Assembly (NCBI GenBank): GCA_963796685.1
Contig: CAWCMR010000025.1
Coordinates: 1,632,001 to 1,696,000, forward strand
DNA length: 64,000 nucleotides
Reading direction: 5' to 3'
Source: an uncultured delta proteobacterium
Lineage (GTDB): Bacteria > Myxococcota_A > Polyangia > Fen-1088
The notes below the pieces were generated by a model that was not told the origin of the DNA, made no database searches, and was given only the letters and a program-made list of their open reading frames with translations. The translations under genes were made by a program, and so were the position numbers. Position 1 is the first letter of the stretch; every line of letters begins with the position of its first letter. Shown here in pieces: positions 1 to 13,632 of this stretch.

Positions 1-1
1 C

Positions 2-136
2 CAAACCATTCAGACGCATATCTTCGAGGTCCGCCCCTCGGACGGCAAGGTTGTCTGGCAGATCACGCTCCCCGCGGGCGCCGGGTCCTATCAGGCCGAG
101 CGACTGTCGCCGCCCCCGCTCGTTCAACCGCTTTGA
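2..136 (+). CDS. 3' end of a gene entering the window (possibly beta-propeller/arylsulfotransferase-like)
   Basis: Open frame QTIQTHIFEVRPSDGKVVWQITLPAGAGSYQAERLSPPPLVQPL* ending TGA at 134-136. Confidence 0.45.
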   Translation, partial: QTIQTHIFEVRPSDGKVVWQITLPAGAGSYQAERLSPPPLVQPL

Positions 137-139
137 GCC

Positions 140-271
140 TCTAAGGAAGCCAGGAAGCCAGGAATGGATGATATGGGGGTTGGGGGGCGATGACGCGTTC
201 GAGTCCCATCTGCTTGTCCAGTTGGGAGTACTGCTTGCTCTCTTTCTTCCTGCTTTCCTGGCTTCCTTAGA
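140..271. repeat. Intergenic inverted-repeat (MITE-like) element
   Basis: 25-bp arms TCTAAGGAAGCCAGGAAGCCAGGAA (140-164) and TTCCTGCTTTCCTGGCTTCCTTAGA (247-271), 2 mismatches. Confidence 0.7.
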
Positions 272-338
272 CGTTATCGGTCCCCTTTGACGTCGCTCTT
301 GTCGACGCGTGGGCGCGGACTGCGGTAAAACCGCCACC

Positions 339-1595
<1,257 letters not shown>

Positions 1596-1601
1596 CCGGA
1601 T

Positions 1602-1699
1602 TTTCACCACAGAGAGCGCAGAGGAAGAAGTAGTTCAGAAACAGATCCGGAAACCCTTTCTTCTTCACCCTCTGCGCTCTCTGCGTCTCTGTGGTGAAA
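1602..1699. repeat. ACCACAGAG-type inverted-repeat element (MITE-like)
   Basis: Arms TTTCACCACAGAGA / TCTCTGTGGTGAAA with 9-bp subrepeats; shares internal GATCCGGA(A/G)ACCCTTTCT with the copy at 13641-13744. Confidence 0.75.
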
Positions 1700-1716
1700 T
1701 TCTTTCAACCTGCAAC

Positions 1717-4700
<2,984 letters not shown>

Positions 4701-4773
4701 TTGGAGCTAGTTAAGTGCTTGGAGCTATTGGCGAGCCATGCCATCATGGCCGCCGCCTGGGAGGAACCCGTCG

Positions 4774-5469
4774 ATGCGAAAAATCATTGGTCTCTGCTTC
4801 CTGACCGCAACCTTGTTCGCGAGCTCGGCCCGCGCGCAGAGCATTTTCATTGAGAAGGGCGATCCCAGCGCCATGGATGTCACGGTCGGCGGCGGCCTCA
4901 TCAAGGACGCTTGGGGGGCAGGCCTCGGCGCCGGCTACTCGTACCGCGGGGTCTTTGATGTCGGTGCCGACTTCGTGCGCTATGCATACACGGCCGGCCC
5001 GAACAACAAGCTCGCCGGCTACAGCGTGGCCCCGTTCGTGACCTGGCACGCCTTCCGCAGCGATGTGGACGAATTGCCGGTTTCCGTCGCCGTCACCTTT
5101 GCCATGCAGAGAATCGTCTACGCGGGCAACGGCCCGGTCGCCAACCCCGAAGGCTGGGGCCTGCTTCTCGGCCCGTCGGTCTACCGCCGCATGGAATTCG
5201 GCAGCAATCTGGTCTTCGTCCCCGAGCTGCTCGTTGCCTACGACCTGTCGCAAACCCGCTTCTACAGCGAGGCCGGCGACCAAACCTCCGGGAACACCGC
5301 CCAGTCCCAACTCGGTGTCGGCTATTCGACCACCACCAAGAACAACGTGCGCGCGCTCATCAGGCCGAACATCGTGTACAAGATGGGCAATACCAACTAC
5401 GTGGTCGTCCCCTACGTCGGCTACGAGGGCGCCTTCGCGGTGGGTGGAAACATCGGCGCGATGTTCTAG
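4774..5469 (+). CDS. Secreted/outer-membrane hypothetical protein
   Basis: Signal peptide (ARA-Q), amphipathic beta strands, C-terminal Phe. Confidence 0.7.
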   Translation: MRKIIGLCFLTATLFASSARAQSIFIEKGDPSAMDVTVGGGLIKDAWGAGLGAGYSYRGVFDVGADFVRYAYTAGPNNKLAGYSVAPFVTWHAFRSDVDELPVSVAVTFAMQRIVYAGNGPVANPEGWGLLLGPSVYRRMEFGSNLVFVPELLVAYDLSQTRFYSEAGDQTSGNTAQSQLGVGYSTTTKNNVRALIRPNIVYKMGNTNYVVVPYVGYEGAFAVGGNIGAMF

Positions 5470-5548
5470 CGTCTGCGGGCGCAATCGAATTTCCCCTGCT
5501 AGGTTTGCGGCTGGCATGTCCCCGGAGGGACGCCAGGAAGGGCTTTGC

Positions 5549-6487
5549 ATGTCTCAGCGGAAGAAGATCGCACTCGTAGGAGCAGGGAACATCGGCGGTG
5601 AGCTGGCGGCGCTGGCGGCTCGCCAGGAGCTTGGCGATGTCTGGTTGTTCGACATTCCCGAGAAGCTCGGCGTGGCTCAGGGCAAAGCCTTGGACCTGGA
5701 GCAGAACGGCGCCGTGCTGGGCTACGACGCCGCAATTCGCGGGACCGCCAATTGGGACGACCTGGCGGGCTCGGACGTGGTCATCGTGACCGCGGGGATC
5801 CCGCGCAAGCCGGGGATGTCGCGCGACGATCTGCTCAGCGTGAATCTCAAGATCATCCGCAGCGTGGCGGAAAACCTACGCACCCGCTGCCCGAACGCGT
5901 TCGTCATCGTGGTGTCGAACCCGCTCGATGCCATGGTGTACGCCATGAAAGAGGGCACCGGTTTCCCACCCGAGCGCGTGGTGGGCATGGCCGGCGTCCT
6001 CGATTCCTCCCGGCTCCAGCTCTTCCTGGCGCAGGCAGCGGGCGTGGCGGTGAAGGACGTGCGCGCCATGGTCCTGGGCGGGCACGGCGACACCATGGTG
6101 CCGGTGGCGAGCTACTGCACCATCAACGGCATCCCGGCGGGCCAGCTCATCCCCGCCGACAAGCTCGCCGCCATTTTCGAGCGCACGCGCAACGGTGGTG
6201 CCGAGGTCGTCAAGCTGATGGGGACCAGTGCCTACTACGCGCCGGCCGCTTCGGCCATCAAGATGGCCCGCGCCTTTCTGCACGACGAGAAGCGCCTGAT
6301 CCCTTGCGCCGCTTACCTGCGCGGCGAGTACGGGTACACCGACCTCTACATCGGGGTGCCGGTCGTCCTGGGCGGCAAGGGTGTCGAGAAGGTGGTCGAG
6401 ATCGCGCTCGCCCCCGGCGAAAAGCAGATGCTCGACAGCTCCGCCAAGGCCGTGCGCGAGCTCATCGAAGTGTCGAAACGCCTCTAG
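5549..6487 (+). CDS. mdh: Malate dehydrogenase (LDH-like)
   Basis: GAGNIG, TAGIPRKPGMSRDDL, SNPLDAM, GGHGD. Confidence 0.96.
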   Translation: MSQRKKIALVGAGNIGGELAALAARQELGDVWLFDIPEKLGVAQGKALDLEQNGAVLGYDAAIRGTANWDDLAGSDVVIVTAGIPRKPGMSRDDLLSVNLKIIRSVAENLRTRCPNAFVIVVSNPLDAMVYAMKEGTGFPPERVVGMAGVLDSSRLQLFLAQAAGVAVKDVRAMVLGGHGDTMVPVASYCTINGIPAGQLIPADKLAAIFERTRNGGAEVVKLMGTSAYYAPAASAIKMARAFLHDEKRLIPCAAYLRGEYGYTDLYIGVPVVLGGKGVEKVVEIALAPGEKQMLDSSAKAVRELIEVSKRL

Positions 6488-6546
6488 CGCAGCGCGGTTG
6501 CCGATCTACCGGCATCCTTGAGATCTGACGCTATAATCCGTACGCC

Positions 6547-7641
6547 TTGGATCTCCGATCATTCACCCTTGCCGAGCTTCGCGAGCGCGTTGCCAACGCG
6601 GGCGAGCCACCGTTTCGCGCCGAACAAGTCTTTCGCTGGCTTCACGGCCCGGGCGCGGGTGGCATGGGCGGCGTGCGCATTCCGCTTGCCCCGTCGACGG
6701 TTCCGCGCGCCCTGCGCGATGCCCTGCTGGCCGGTGCGCCGCTGACGCCGCTCATGCACGATGGGACGTTCGAATCGTCGGACGGCACCCGCAAGTTTCG
6801 CTTCCTGACCCATGACGGTCGTGCCATCGAGAGTGTCCTCATCCCCGACGACAAACAGGAGCGCAGCAAGCTGACTTTGTGCATCTCCAGCCAGGCCGGC
6901 TGTGCCTGGGGCTGCGCCTTCTGCGCCACCGCCACGCTGGGCTTTGGTCGCCATCTTTCCGCCGGCGAGATCGTCGAGCAGCTTTACTGGACCATGGAGA
7001 GTGTGGGACAAAAGCCGACCAATATCGTCTTCATGGGCATGGGCGAGCCTTTGCACAATCTCGAACAAGTCACACGCGCACTTTCCAACATCCAGCACCC
7101 GTGGGGCGCGGGCCTGTCCCCGCGGCGCATCACCGTGTCCACCTCGGGCGTGGTGACAGGCATCGACCTTCTGGCCAAGGTGCGGCCGCTGCCCAACCTC
7201 GCTATCTCGCTCAACGCGACCACCGACGAGGTTCGTGACCGACTCATGCCGGTCAACCGGCGCTGGAACCTCGCGGCCCTGCTCGCCGCCGCGCGCAGAT
7301 TTCCGCTCGGCCATCACCGCCGTATCACCTTCGAGTACGTGCTGTTCGCCGGCGTGAACGACAGCGATATGGACGCCGCCCGGATCCCGAGGTTGCTCGG
7401 GAACATCCCCAGCAAGGTCAATTTGATTCCCTGGAATCCCGTGCCTGGCCTTCCTTTCGAACGCCCGAGCGAGGGACGCATCTTGGCCTTCCAGAACCTG
7501 GTACGCAGACCCGATCTGCCGGTGTACATTCGCACCCCGCGCGGCGATGACACGGCGGCGGCATGCGGCCAGCTCGCGGCCCGGATCGGCGAAGGGTCGA
7601 CCGGCTTCTTCAACCTCAAAGCCACGAGGCGGGTATCATGA
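6547..7641 (+). CDS. rlmN: 23S rRNA/tRNA m2A methyltransferase (radical SAM)
   Basis: CISSQAGCAWGCAFCAT, FMGMGEP, AACGQL; TTG start. Confidence 0.93.
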   Translation: MDLRSFTLAELRERVANAGEPPFRAEQVFRWLHGPGAGGMGGVRIPLAPSTVPRALRDALLAGAPLTPLMHDGTFESSDGTRKFRFLTHDGRAIESVLIPDDKQERSKLTLCISSQAGCAWGCAFCATATLGFGRHLSAGEIVEQLYWTMESVGQKPTNIVFMGMGEPLHNLEQVTRALSNIQHPWGAGLSPRRITVSTSGVVTGIDLLAKVRPLPNLAISLNATTDEVRDRLMPVNRRWNLAALLAAARRFPLGHHRRITFEYVLFAGVNDSDMDAARIPRLLGNIPSKVNLIPWNPVPGLPFERPSEGRILAFQNLVRRPDLPVYIRTPRGDDTAAACGQLAARIGEGSTGFFNLKATRRVS

Positions 7642-8657
7642 CCCAGGCCGCTGTTCACATCGACGACCTGACCTCGCCTGTGCCGCCCTTGCGCCGGCGG
7701 GTCAGCGATCTGTGGTCGCTCGTGGAAGGGGACATGCACAAGGTGGAGACGCTTCTGTGCGAACAGATGGACAGCCCCATCGGGCGCATCCCCGAGGTCG
7801 GAACGCACCTGCTCGCGGCGGGCGGCAAACGCCTGCGCCCCCTGCTCGCGGTGCTGGTGGGACGCGCCAGCGAGGCCGACATGGAGCAGGCGGTGGCCGC
7901 GGGTTGTGCCGCCGAGCTCATTCACACCGCCACCCTCTTTCACGACGACGTGGTCGACACCGGCAATGTCCGCCGCGGGCGACCGGCCGCGCGCATGATC
8001 TACGGCAACGGCGTGGCCGTCCTGGTCGGCGACTTCTGCCTGGCCCGCGGGCTGGATCTGGTCGCCTCGACCGATTCCATCGCCATGGTGCGCTCGCTCG
8101 CGGCCACGGTCACCGAAATGGCCGAAGGCGAGGTCGCGCAACTGGAAGGAGCGGGCAATCCCGATGCGAGCATCGCCACCTACCTGCGCGTCGTCGACCG
8201 CAAGACGGCCTCGTTGATGGCCTGGTGCGCGCGCGTCGGCGGCGTTCTTCCCGGGGGACTGGATCTCGCGCTCGGGCGTTTCGGGCGCGCGCTCGGCCGC
8301 GCCTTTCAAATCGTCGATGATGTTCTCGACTGCTCGATGGACGAGGGCACCACTGGCAAATCGGTCGGTCGCGATCTGCAGGAAGGCAAGCTCACCCTGC
8401 CGGTCCTGCTCGCGTGCGAGGCCAACCCCGACCTGCGCGACCGCATTCGCGACGCCCTTGGCGAACAGGGGATTCCCGCCGACAAAGCCCACGCCATCCT
8501 TTCCACGGTGCGCGCCGCCGGTGGCGTCGAGCGTGCGCGCCGGCGTGCGCTGGCGTTCGCCGATGAGGCGGTGGCGGAGCTTGCGGCCCTGCCCGCCTCG
8601 CCGTACCGGGAGGCCCTGGCCGAGCTGCCCCGGCTCTCCGTTGACCGGGTGGCGTGA
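7638..8657 (+). CDS. Polyprenyl diphosphate synthase
   Basis: GGKRLRP, HDDVVD...RRG, FQIVDDVLD; ATGA overlap with rlmN. Confidence 0.92.
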   Translation: MTQAAVHIDDLTSPVPPLRRRVSDLWSLVEGDMHKVETLLCEQMDSPIGRIPEVGTHLLAAGGKRLRPLLAVLVGRASEADMEQAVAAGCAAELIHTATLFHDDVVDTGNVRRGRPAARMIYGNGVAVLVGDFCLARGLDLVASTDSIAMVRSLAATVTEMAEGEVAQLEGAGNPDASIATYLRVVDRKTASLMAWCARVGGVLPGGLDLALGRFGRALGRAFQIVDDVLDCSMDEGTTGKSVGRDLQEGKLTLPVLLACEANPDLRDRIRDALGEQGIPADKAHAILSTVRAAGGVERARRRALAFADEAVAELAALPASPYREALAELPRLSVDRVA

Positions 8658-9352
8658 TGTCCGTTTCCGCGTCGCAAGCCGACATCCGGGGGATGTTCGA
8701 CCGCATTGCCGACCGCTACGACCGCGCCAATCGCATCATGTCGGCCGGCGTGGACGTGCTGTGGCGGCGCAAGGCCATCGGGCAATTGTTGGCCGGCTTC
8801 GGCGACTCGTCGCGGGTGCTGGACCTTGGCGCGGGCACCCTGGACGGCGCCATCGAGATCCTGCGCAGGCGGCCCTTGGCGCAGGTCTTCGCCGCGGATT
8901 TTGCCCGCAACATGCTCGTGCTCGGGCGCAAGAAGCCGCGCGCGGCGAAGGTGCGGATTCAGGTTGCCGACGGCCACGCGCTGCCCTACCTGGACCAAGC
9001 CTTCGATGGCGCCTTCTCCGCTTTCTGCGTGCGCAACCTGCGCGTCCTCGACCAGGCCTTGGCGGAGTTGCGCCGTGTGGTGCGGCCCGGCGGACGCATC
9101 GCCATCCTGGAGTTCTTCCGTCCCCGCCGGCGACGGCCCTTCTGGGATGGCTTCTACAACGCACGCGTGCTGCCCCTGCTCGGACGCGCCGTGACCGGAG
9201 ACGAAGCCGCCTATCGGTACCTGCCCGAATCCATCGCGGGATTTCTCACCCGCGACGAATTCGAGGCGCGTCTGCGCGCGGCCGGATTCGCCGGAGTTCG
9301 AGGCAGCGACCTCTTCCCCGCCGGCGTCGCATCCTTGGTGGTGGCGGAATGA
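8657..9352 (+). CDS. menG: Demethylmenaquinone methyltransferase (UbiE/MenG family)
   Basis: MFDRIADRYDRAN, VLDLGAGT, AYRYLPESI. Confidence 0.88.
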   Translation: MSVSASQADIRGMFDRIADRYDRANRIMSAGVDVLWRRKAIGQLLAGFGDSSRVLDLGAGTLDGAIEILRRRPLAQVFAADFARNMLVLGRKKPRAAKVRIQVADGHALPYLDQAFDGAFSAFCVRNLRVLDQALAELRRVVRPGGRIAILEFFRPRRRRPFWDGFYNARVLPLLGRAVTGDEAAYRYLPESIAGFLTRDEFEARLRAAGFAGVRGSDLFPAGVASLVVAE

Positions 9353-9912
9353 AGATCCTCGTCGCCGTCACGGGTGCCTCCGGCGCCGTCTACGCCAAGC
9401 GGTTGCTCGACGCCCTGTCCGCCGCGCACAACACAGATTCGAGCCTGGAAATCGCCGTGTGCTTTTCCAACAACGGCCGCTTGGTGTGGCGGCACGAGAT
9501 CGGGGACGAGCCGAGCCACGGCTTTCGTGAGTTTGCCAACGACGACTTCGCCTGCTCGTTCGCCTCGGGCTCGGCCCTGTGGCACGCGGTGGTGGCGGTG
9601 CCTTGCTCGGTGGGACGCGTGGGTCGCATCGCCAGCGGCATGGCCGACGATCTCATCGCGCGCGCCGCCGACGTCGCGCTCAAGGAGCGGCGCAAGCTGA
9701 TCCTGGTCGTGCGCGAGACCCCGCTGTCCCTGATTCACCTCGAGAACCTGCTCACCGTCGCGCGCGCTGGCGCCATCGTGCTGCCCGCCGCACCGTCGTT
9801 CTACACGCGCCCGGCCACCGTCGACGCCGTGGTCGACACGGTGGTGGCCCGCGTGCTCGACCAGCTGGGCATCGGCGTATCGCTCGCGCCCCGTTGGGGG
9901 AAGACACCATGA
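9349..9912 (+). CDS. ubiX: Flavin prenyltransferase UbiX
   Basis: VAVTGASG, ASGS, RAADVALKERRKLILVVRETP, PSFY. Confidence 0.92.
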   Translation: MKILVAVTGASGAVYAKRLLDALSAAHNTDSSLEIAVCFSNNGRLVWRHEIGDEPSHGFREFANDDFACSFASGSALWHAVVAVPCSVGRVGRIASGMADDLIARAADVALKERRKLILVVRETPLSLIHLENLLTVARAGAIVLPAAPSFYTRPATVDAVVDTVVARVLDQLGIGVSLAPRWGKTP

Positions 9913-10619
9913 AGCAAGACCCGCAAGAACCAGACGATCCGGGACCGGACCTTTTCGACGTGGGCCGCGAGGCCTTGGCTGCCGCGCGCGCCGCTTTTGC
10001 CGGGCGCGCCTTCTTCGTTTCCGCTCGTCGGTTGCAGCAGGATGGCTCGTGGATCGGCCCGCGCGAAGCAACGCTGGCAATGGTCGAGGAGGCCGCACTG
10101 ACCAGTCTCGGCGGCCTGGCGGGAGCACGCGCGCTCGGGGCCAATGCCTTGCTGTGCAGCCTGACCGGCGCGCTCGCCTCCGAAGGGGTCGGTCTCGGCA
10201 TGCGCTGCCTGGTTTGCGCTCCCTTCGCGGCCGGCGAATCCGTCGACCAGCGCCGCGCGCGAATCGGCAAGCTCGGCGAGCTCGTTCGTCGCGTGCCCGG
10301 TATCGACGGCATTCTGCCCGTGCCCGAGGGAGAGGCCCAGGGTCTGGACACGTTGCAATTCTTTGCCGCGTGTCGCGTGGCCTGCCCGGCCATTCACCTG
10401 CTCGTGGATGTGGAGCTCTTCGGCCACAAGCTCGGCCAGCTGTGCCTGTCGTTCGGCGCCGACGAGATCCTGGGCACCATCACCAGCCAGCGCACGCTGC
10501 GGTTGGGCGCGAACGCCTCCAGCAACGCGCTCACGCGCGACGAGGCCGCGCTGCTGCTGCGCGCCTCGGGGTTCGCGCCGTGCGAACGCCTGCCCGAAGG
10601 GAAGGTGCAGGTCCTGTGA
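9909..10619 (+). CDS. Degenerate CofH/MqnE-like protein lacking the radical-SAM cysteine motif
   Basis: C-terminus LSFGADEILGTI...LTRDEAALLLRASGFAPCER parallels MqnE LWFGADDFDGTV...LTSAEIARLVRAAGRVPVER; no CxxxCxxC; coupled to both neighbours. Confidence 0.65.
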   Translation: MKQDPQEPDDPGPDLFDVGREALAAARAAFAGRAFFVSARRLQQDGSWIGPREATLAMVEEAALTSLGGLAGARALGANALLCSLTGALASEGVGLGMRCLVCAPFAAGESVDQRRARIGKLGELVRRVPGIDGILPVPEGEAQGLDTLQFFAACRVACPAIHLLVDVELFGHKLGQLCLSFGADEILGTITSQRTLRLGANASSNALTRDEAALLLRASGFAPCERLPEGKVQVL

Positions 10620-11713
10620 GCCTGGCCGGCATCGCGAGCAAGGTGCGCGAGGGCGTGCCGCTCTCGCACGCGGATGGGCTCGCGCTCTACCAGCATCCGA
10701 ATTTGATGGAAGTCGGGGCCCTGGCCAACGAGGCGCGCGAGCGCCTGCACGACGGTCGCACCTACTTCAATCGCAACCTGCACATCAACCCCACCAACGT
10801 GTGCGTGGCCTCGTGCAAGCTGTGCGCCTTCTCGCGGCGGCGGGCCGACGAGAAGGGGGCTTTCGTGCTGACGGTGGACCAGGCCGTGGACAAGCTGCGC
10901 GCCCGCCTCGCCGCGGGCGATCGGGTCACCGAGGTCCATGTCGTGGGCGGGTTGCACGACGGCCTGCCCCTCGACTACTTCACGTCGCTTTTGGCGGGTC
11001 TCAAGGCCGCGGCTCCCGGCATCAGGCTCAAGGCTTTCTCGGCGGTGGAGATCTTCTTCTTCCACGAGCTTTACCGCATGAGCATCGAGGACCTCTTGCG
11101 CCGCCTGCAGGCCGCTGGTCTCGACTCGCTGCCCGGCGGAGGGGCCGAGGTCTTCTCGTCGCGCGTGCGCAAGGCCATCTGCCCCAACAAGTGCGGAGCG
11201 GACGAATGGTTGGAGGTGCACAGCATCGCCCATCGGCTCGGCCTGAAATCCAATTGCACCATGCTCTTCGGTACCGTCGAGACGCTTGCCGAACGGGTCG
11301 ACCACCTCTTGCTCCTGCGCGCCCAGCAGGCCGAGTCGGGGGGATTCCTGGCGTTCATCCCGCTGCCCTTTCACCCCGAAAACAACGCCCTGGCCAATCG
11401 ACCCGCGCCCACCGCGGCCGAGAGCCTGCGCACCATCGCCGTCGCGCGCCTGCTGCTGCACAACGTGCCGCACATCAAGGCCTACTGGGTCAGCCTTGGC
11501 CTCGGCACGGCGCAGACCGCGCTGTGGTTCGGGGCCGACGATTTCGACGGCACGGTCAGCGAGGAGAAGATCTACCACCAAGCCGGTTCGCGTTCGCCGC
11601 AGGCCTTGACCAGCGCCGAAATCGCCCGCCTGGTGCGCGCGGCGGGCCGCGTTCCCGTGGAACGCGACACGTTCTACGCAAGCGTGCCGCAAGCGAGCGG
11701 AGAGGCGGTCTAG
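10616..11713 (+). CDS. mqnE: Aminofutalosine synthase (radical SAM)
   Basis: NPTNVCVASCKLCAF, EVHVVGG, PGGGAE, HIKAYW. Confidence 0.88.
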   Translation: MSLAGIASKVREGVPLSHADGLALYQHPNLMEVGALANEARERLHDGRTYFNRNLHINPTNVCVASCKLCAFSRRRADEKGAFVLTVDQAVDKLRARLAAGDRVTEVHVVGGLHDGLPLDYFTSLLAGLKAAAPGIRLKAFSAVEIFFFHELYRMSIEDLLRRLQAAGLDSLPGGGAEVFSSRVRKAICPNKCGADEWLEVHSIAHRLGLKSNCTMLFGTVETLAERVDHLLLLRAQQAESGGFLAFIPLPFHPENNALANRPAPTAAESLRTIAVARLLLHNVPHIKAYWVSLGLGTAQTALWFGADDFDGTVSEEKIYHQAGSRSPQALTSAEIARLVRAAGRVPVERDTFYASVPQASGEAV

Positions 11714-11715
11714 GC

Positions 11716-13632
11716 ATGCGCCGCCTGCGCCTCTCCACCATCTCGTTTCTGAACACGCGTCCCATCACCTACGGCATCGAGCGCGGCCTGGTCGGCAAGG
11801 ATCGCTTCGAGCTCAGCTTCGATTTGCCTTCGCGTTGCGCGGCAGCGGTGATGCGCGGCGAAGCCGATCTCGGCCTCATGCCCATCGCCAGCTACGGCGC
11901 ATCGACGACCGAGCTGCGCCTCGTGCCCGGCATCGCCATCGCGTCGCACGGACCGGTGCGCACCGTGATGCTGCTGGGGGAGGTGCCGCGCGAGGAGATG
12001 ACCAGCGTCGTTCTCGATGGCGCCTCGCGCACCTCGCAGCTCCTGGTCCAGCTTCTTCTGCGCCAACGCGGGCTGGCCCCGGCCTTCGAGCACGCCGAGC
12101 ACGACGGCGTTCTCGAACGCATCGGCGGCCGACGCGGCGGGCTCTTGATCGGCGATCTGTGCTTTGCCGCCACCTCCCGATTCCCCCATGTCTACGATCT
12201 CGGTGCCGAGTGGACAGAACACATCGGACTGCCCTTCGTCTACGCGGCGTGGATCGGCCGGCCGGATGTCCTTGCCGACGGCGATGTCGCGCTTCTGCAA
12301 GAGAGCCTTGCCCTGGGGCTGGGAAACCGGCCGGAGATCGCCCGCCTGTGGGCCCAGCAGAGCGGCGAGGATGCGGCCCTCGGCGAGCGCTATCTGACCG
12401 AGAACATCCACTACGGGCTCGGGTCGCGCGAGCTGTGCGGAGCCGCCGCGTTTCTGGAACGGGCCCACGCGGCTGGCCTGCTGGCCAAGAAGCCCGTCCT
12501 GCGCCTGTTTTCGAGCGCGGCTCGGCCGAGCGAAGCGGCGCGGAGGTCTCCGCCGAGTCCGCGCGCGCGTTCGCTCGACAGCTTGCTCTCCGACGGCGCG
12601 GCGGGCGCGCGTCTTTCGTTCGACGACGGCGCTCGATTGTACGAAGCTGCTTCGCTCTACGACCTCGGGCAGGCGGCGGACGCGCGCCGGCGGGCGTTGC
12701 ATCCGAGCGGCGTGGTCACCTACATCGTCGACCGCAACGTCAACTACACCAACGCCTGCACCACGGCCTGCCAATTCTGCAATTTCTACCACCCGCCCGG
12801 CGACGAACGCATCTACACCCTCACCCGCGATGAGCTCGGGCACAAGCTGCGCGAGACCGTCGAGCTGGGCGGCATCCAGGTGTTGCTCCAGGGCGGCGTC
12901 AATCCCGCGCTCGGTCTCGACTACTTCGAGGACCTCTTTCGCTGGATGAAGGCGAGCTTTCCCATCGCCATCCACGGTCTCTCGCCCGAAGAGGTGCGTC
13001 AGCTGGCCGAGCGGGAAGGGCTGACCATCGCGCACGTGCTCGAACGCCTGATTGCCGCCGGTCTCGATTCGGTGCCCGGCGGTGGGGCGGAGATCCTCGA
13101 CGACGAGATCCGGCGGCGCATCTCCCCGCACAAATGCTCTGTGGCCACCTGGCTCGAGGTCATGCGCCAGGCGCATCGCCTGGGCCTGCGCACCACCGCG
13201 ACGATGGTCTTCGGCTTCGGCGAAGAACCCCACCATGTGGTCGGACACCTCGACAAGGTGCGCGCCTTGCAGGATGAGACCGCGGGCTTCACCGCCTTCA
13301 TCTGCTGGAGCTTCCAGGCCGAGGGCACCAAGCTTCCCCTGCGCGACGACACCACGGCCACGCGCTACCTGCGCACCCTGGCCTTGGCGCGCCTTTACCT
13401 CGACAACTTCCCCAACCTGCAGGTGTCGTGGGTCACCATGGGACCGGCCGTGGGCCAGATCGGGCTGCGCTTCGGCGGCAACGATTTCGGCTCGGCCATG
13501 ATCGAGGAAAACGTGGTTGCGCAGGCGGGCGCCGTGTTCAAGTTGTCGGCCGCCGACATCGAAGGCTACGTGCGCGCGGCCGGCTTCACCCCCAAGCGGC
13601 GCAACATGAGATACGAGTGGCTTTCCGGATGA
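11716..13632 (+). CDS. mqnA-mqnC: Fused chorismate dehydratase (MqnA) and cyclic dehypoxanthine futalosine synthase (MqnC)
   Basis: N-part ISFLNTRP, SRTS, LLIGD, DLGAEW...LPFVYAAW; C-part YIVDRNVNYTNACTTACQFCNF, LLQGG, DFGSAMIEENVV; no stop between them. Confidence 0.88.
   Translation: MRRLRLSTISFLNTRPITYGIERGLVGKDRFELSFDLPSRCAAAVMRGEADLGLMPIASYGASTTELRLVPGIAIASHGPVRTVMLLGEVPREEMTSVVLDGASRTSQLLVQLLLRQRGLAPAFEHAEHDGVLERIGGRRGGLLIGDLCFAATSRFPHVYDLGAEWTEHIGLPFVYAAWIGRPDVLADGDVALLQESLALGLGNRPEIARLWAQQSGEDAALGERYLTENIHYGLGSRELCGAAAFLERAHAAGLLAKKPVLRLFSSAARPSEAARRSPPSPRARSLDSLLSDGAAGARLSFDDGARLYEAASLYDLGQAADARRRALHPSGVVTYIVDRNVNYTNACTTACQFCNFYHPPGDERIYTLTRDELGHKLRETVELGGIQVLLQGGVNPALGLDYFEDLFRWMKASFPIAIHGLSPEEVRQLAEREGLTIAHVLERLIAAGLDSVPGGGAEILDDEIRRRISPHKCSVATWLEVMRQAHRLGLRTTATMVFGFGEEPHHVVGHLDKVRALQDETAGFTAFICWSFQAEGTKLPLRDDTTATRYLRTLALARLYLDNFPNLQVSWVTMGPAVGQIGLRFGGNDFGSAMIEENVVAQAGAVFKLSAADIEGYVRAAGFTPKRRNMRYEWLSG

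Noticed and set aside
10363-11715. N-terminal extension of the 1089-aa ORF
   Set aside because: Overlaps mqnE out of frame; the real start is the ATG at 11716
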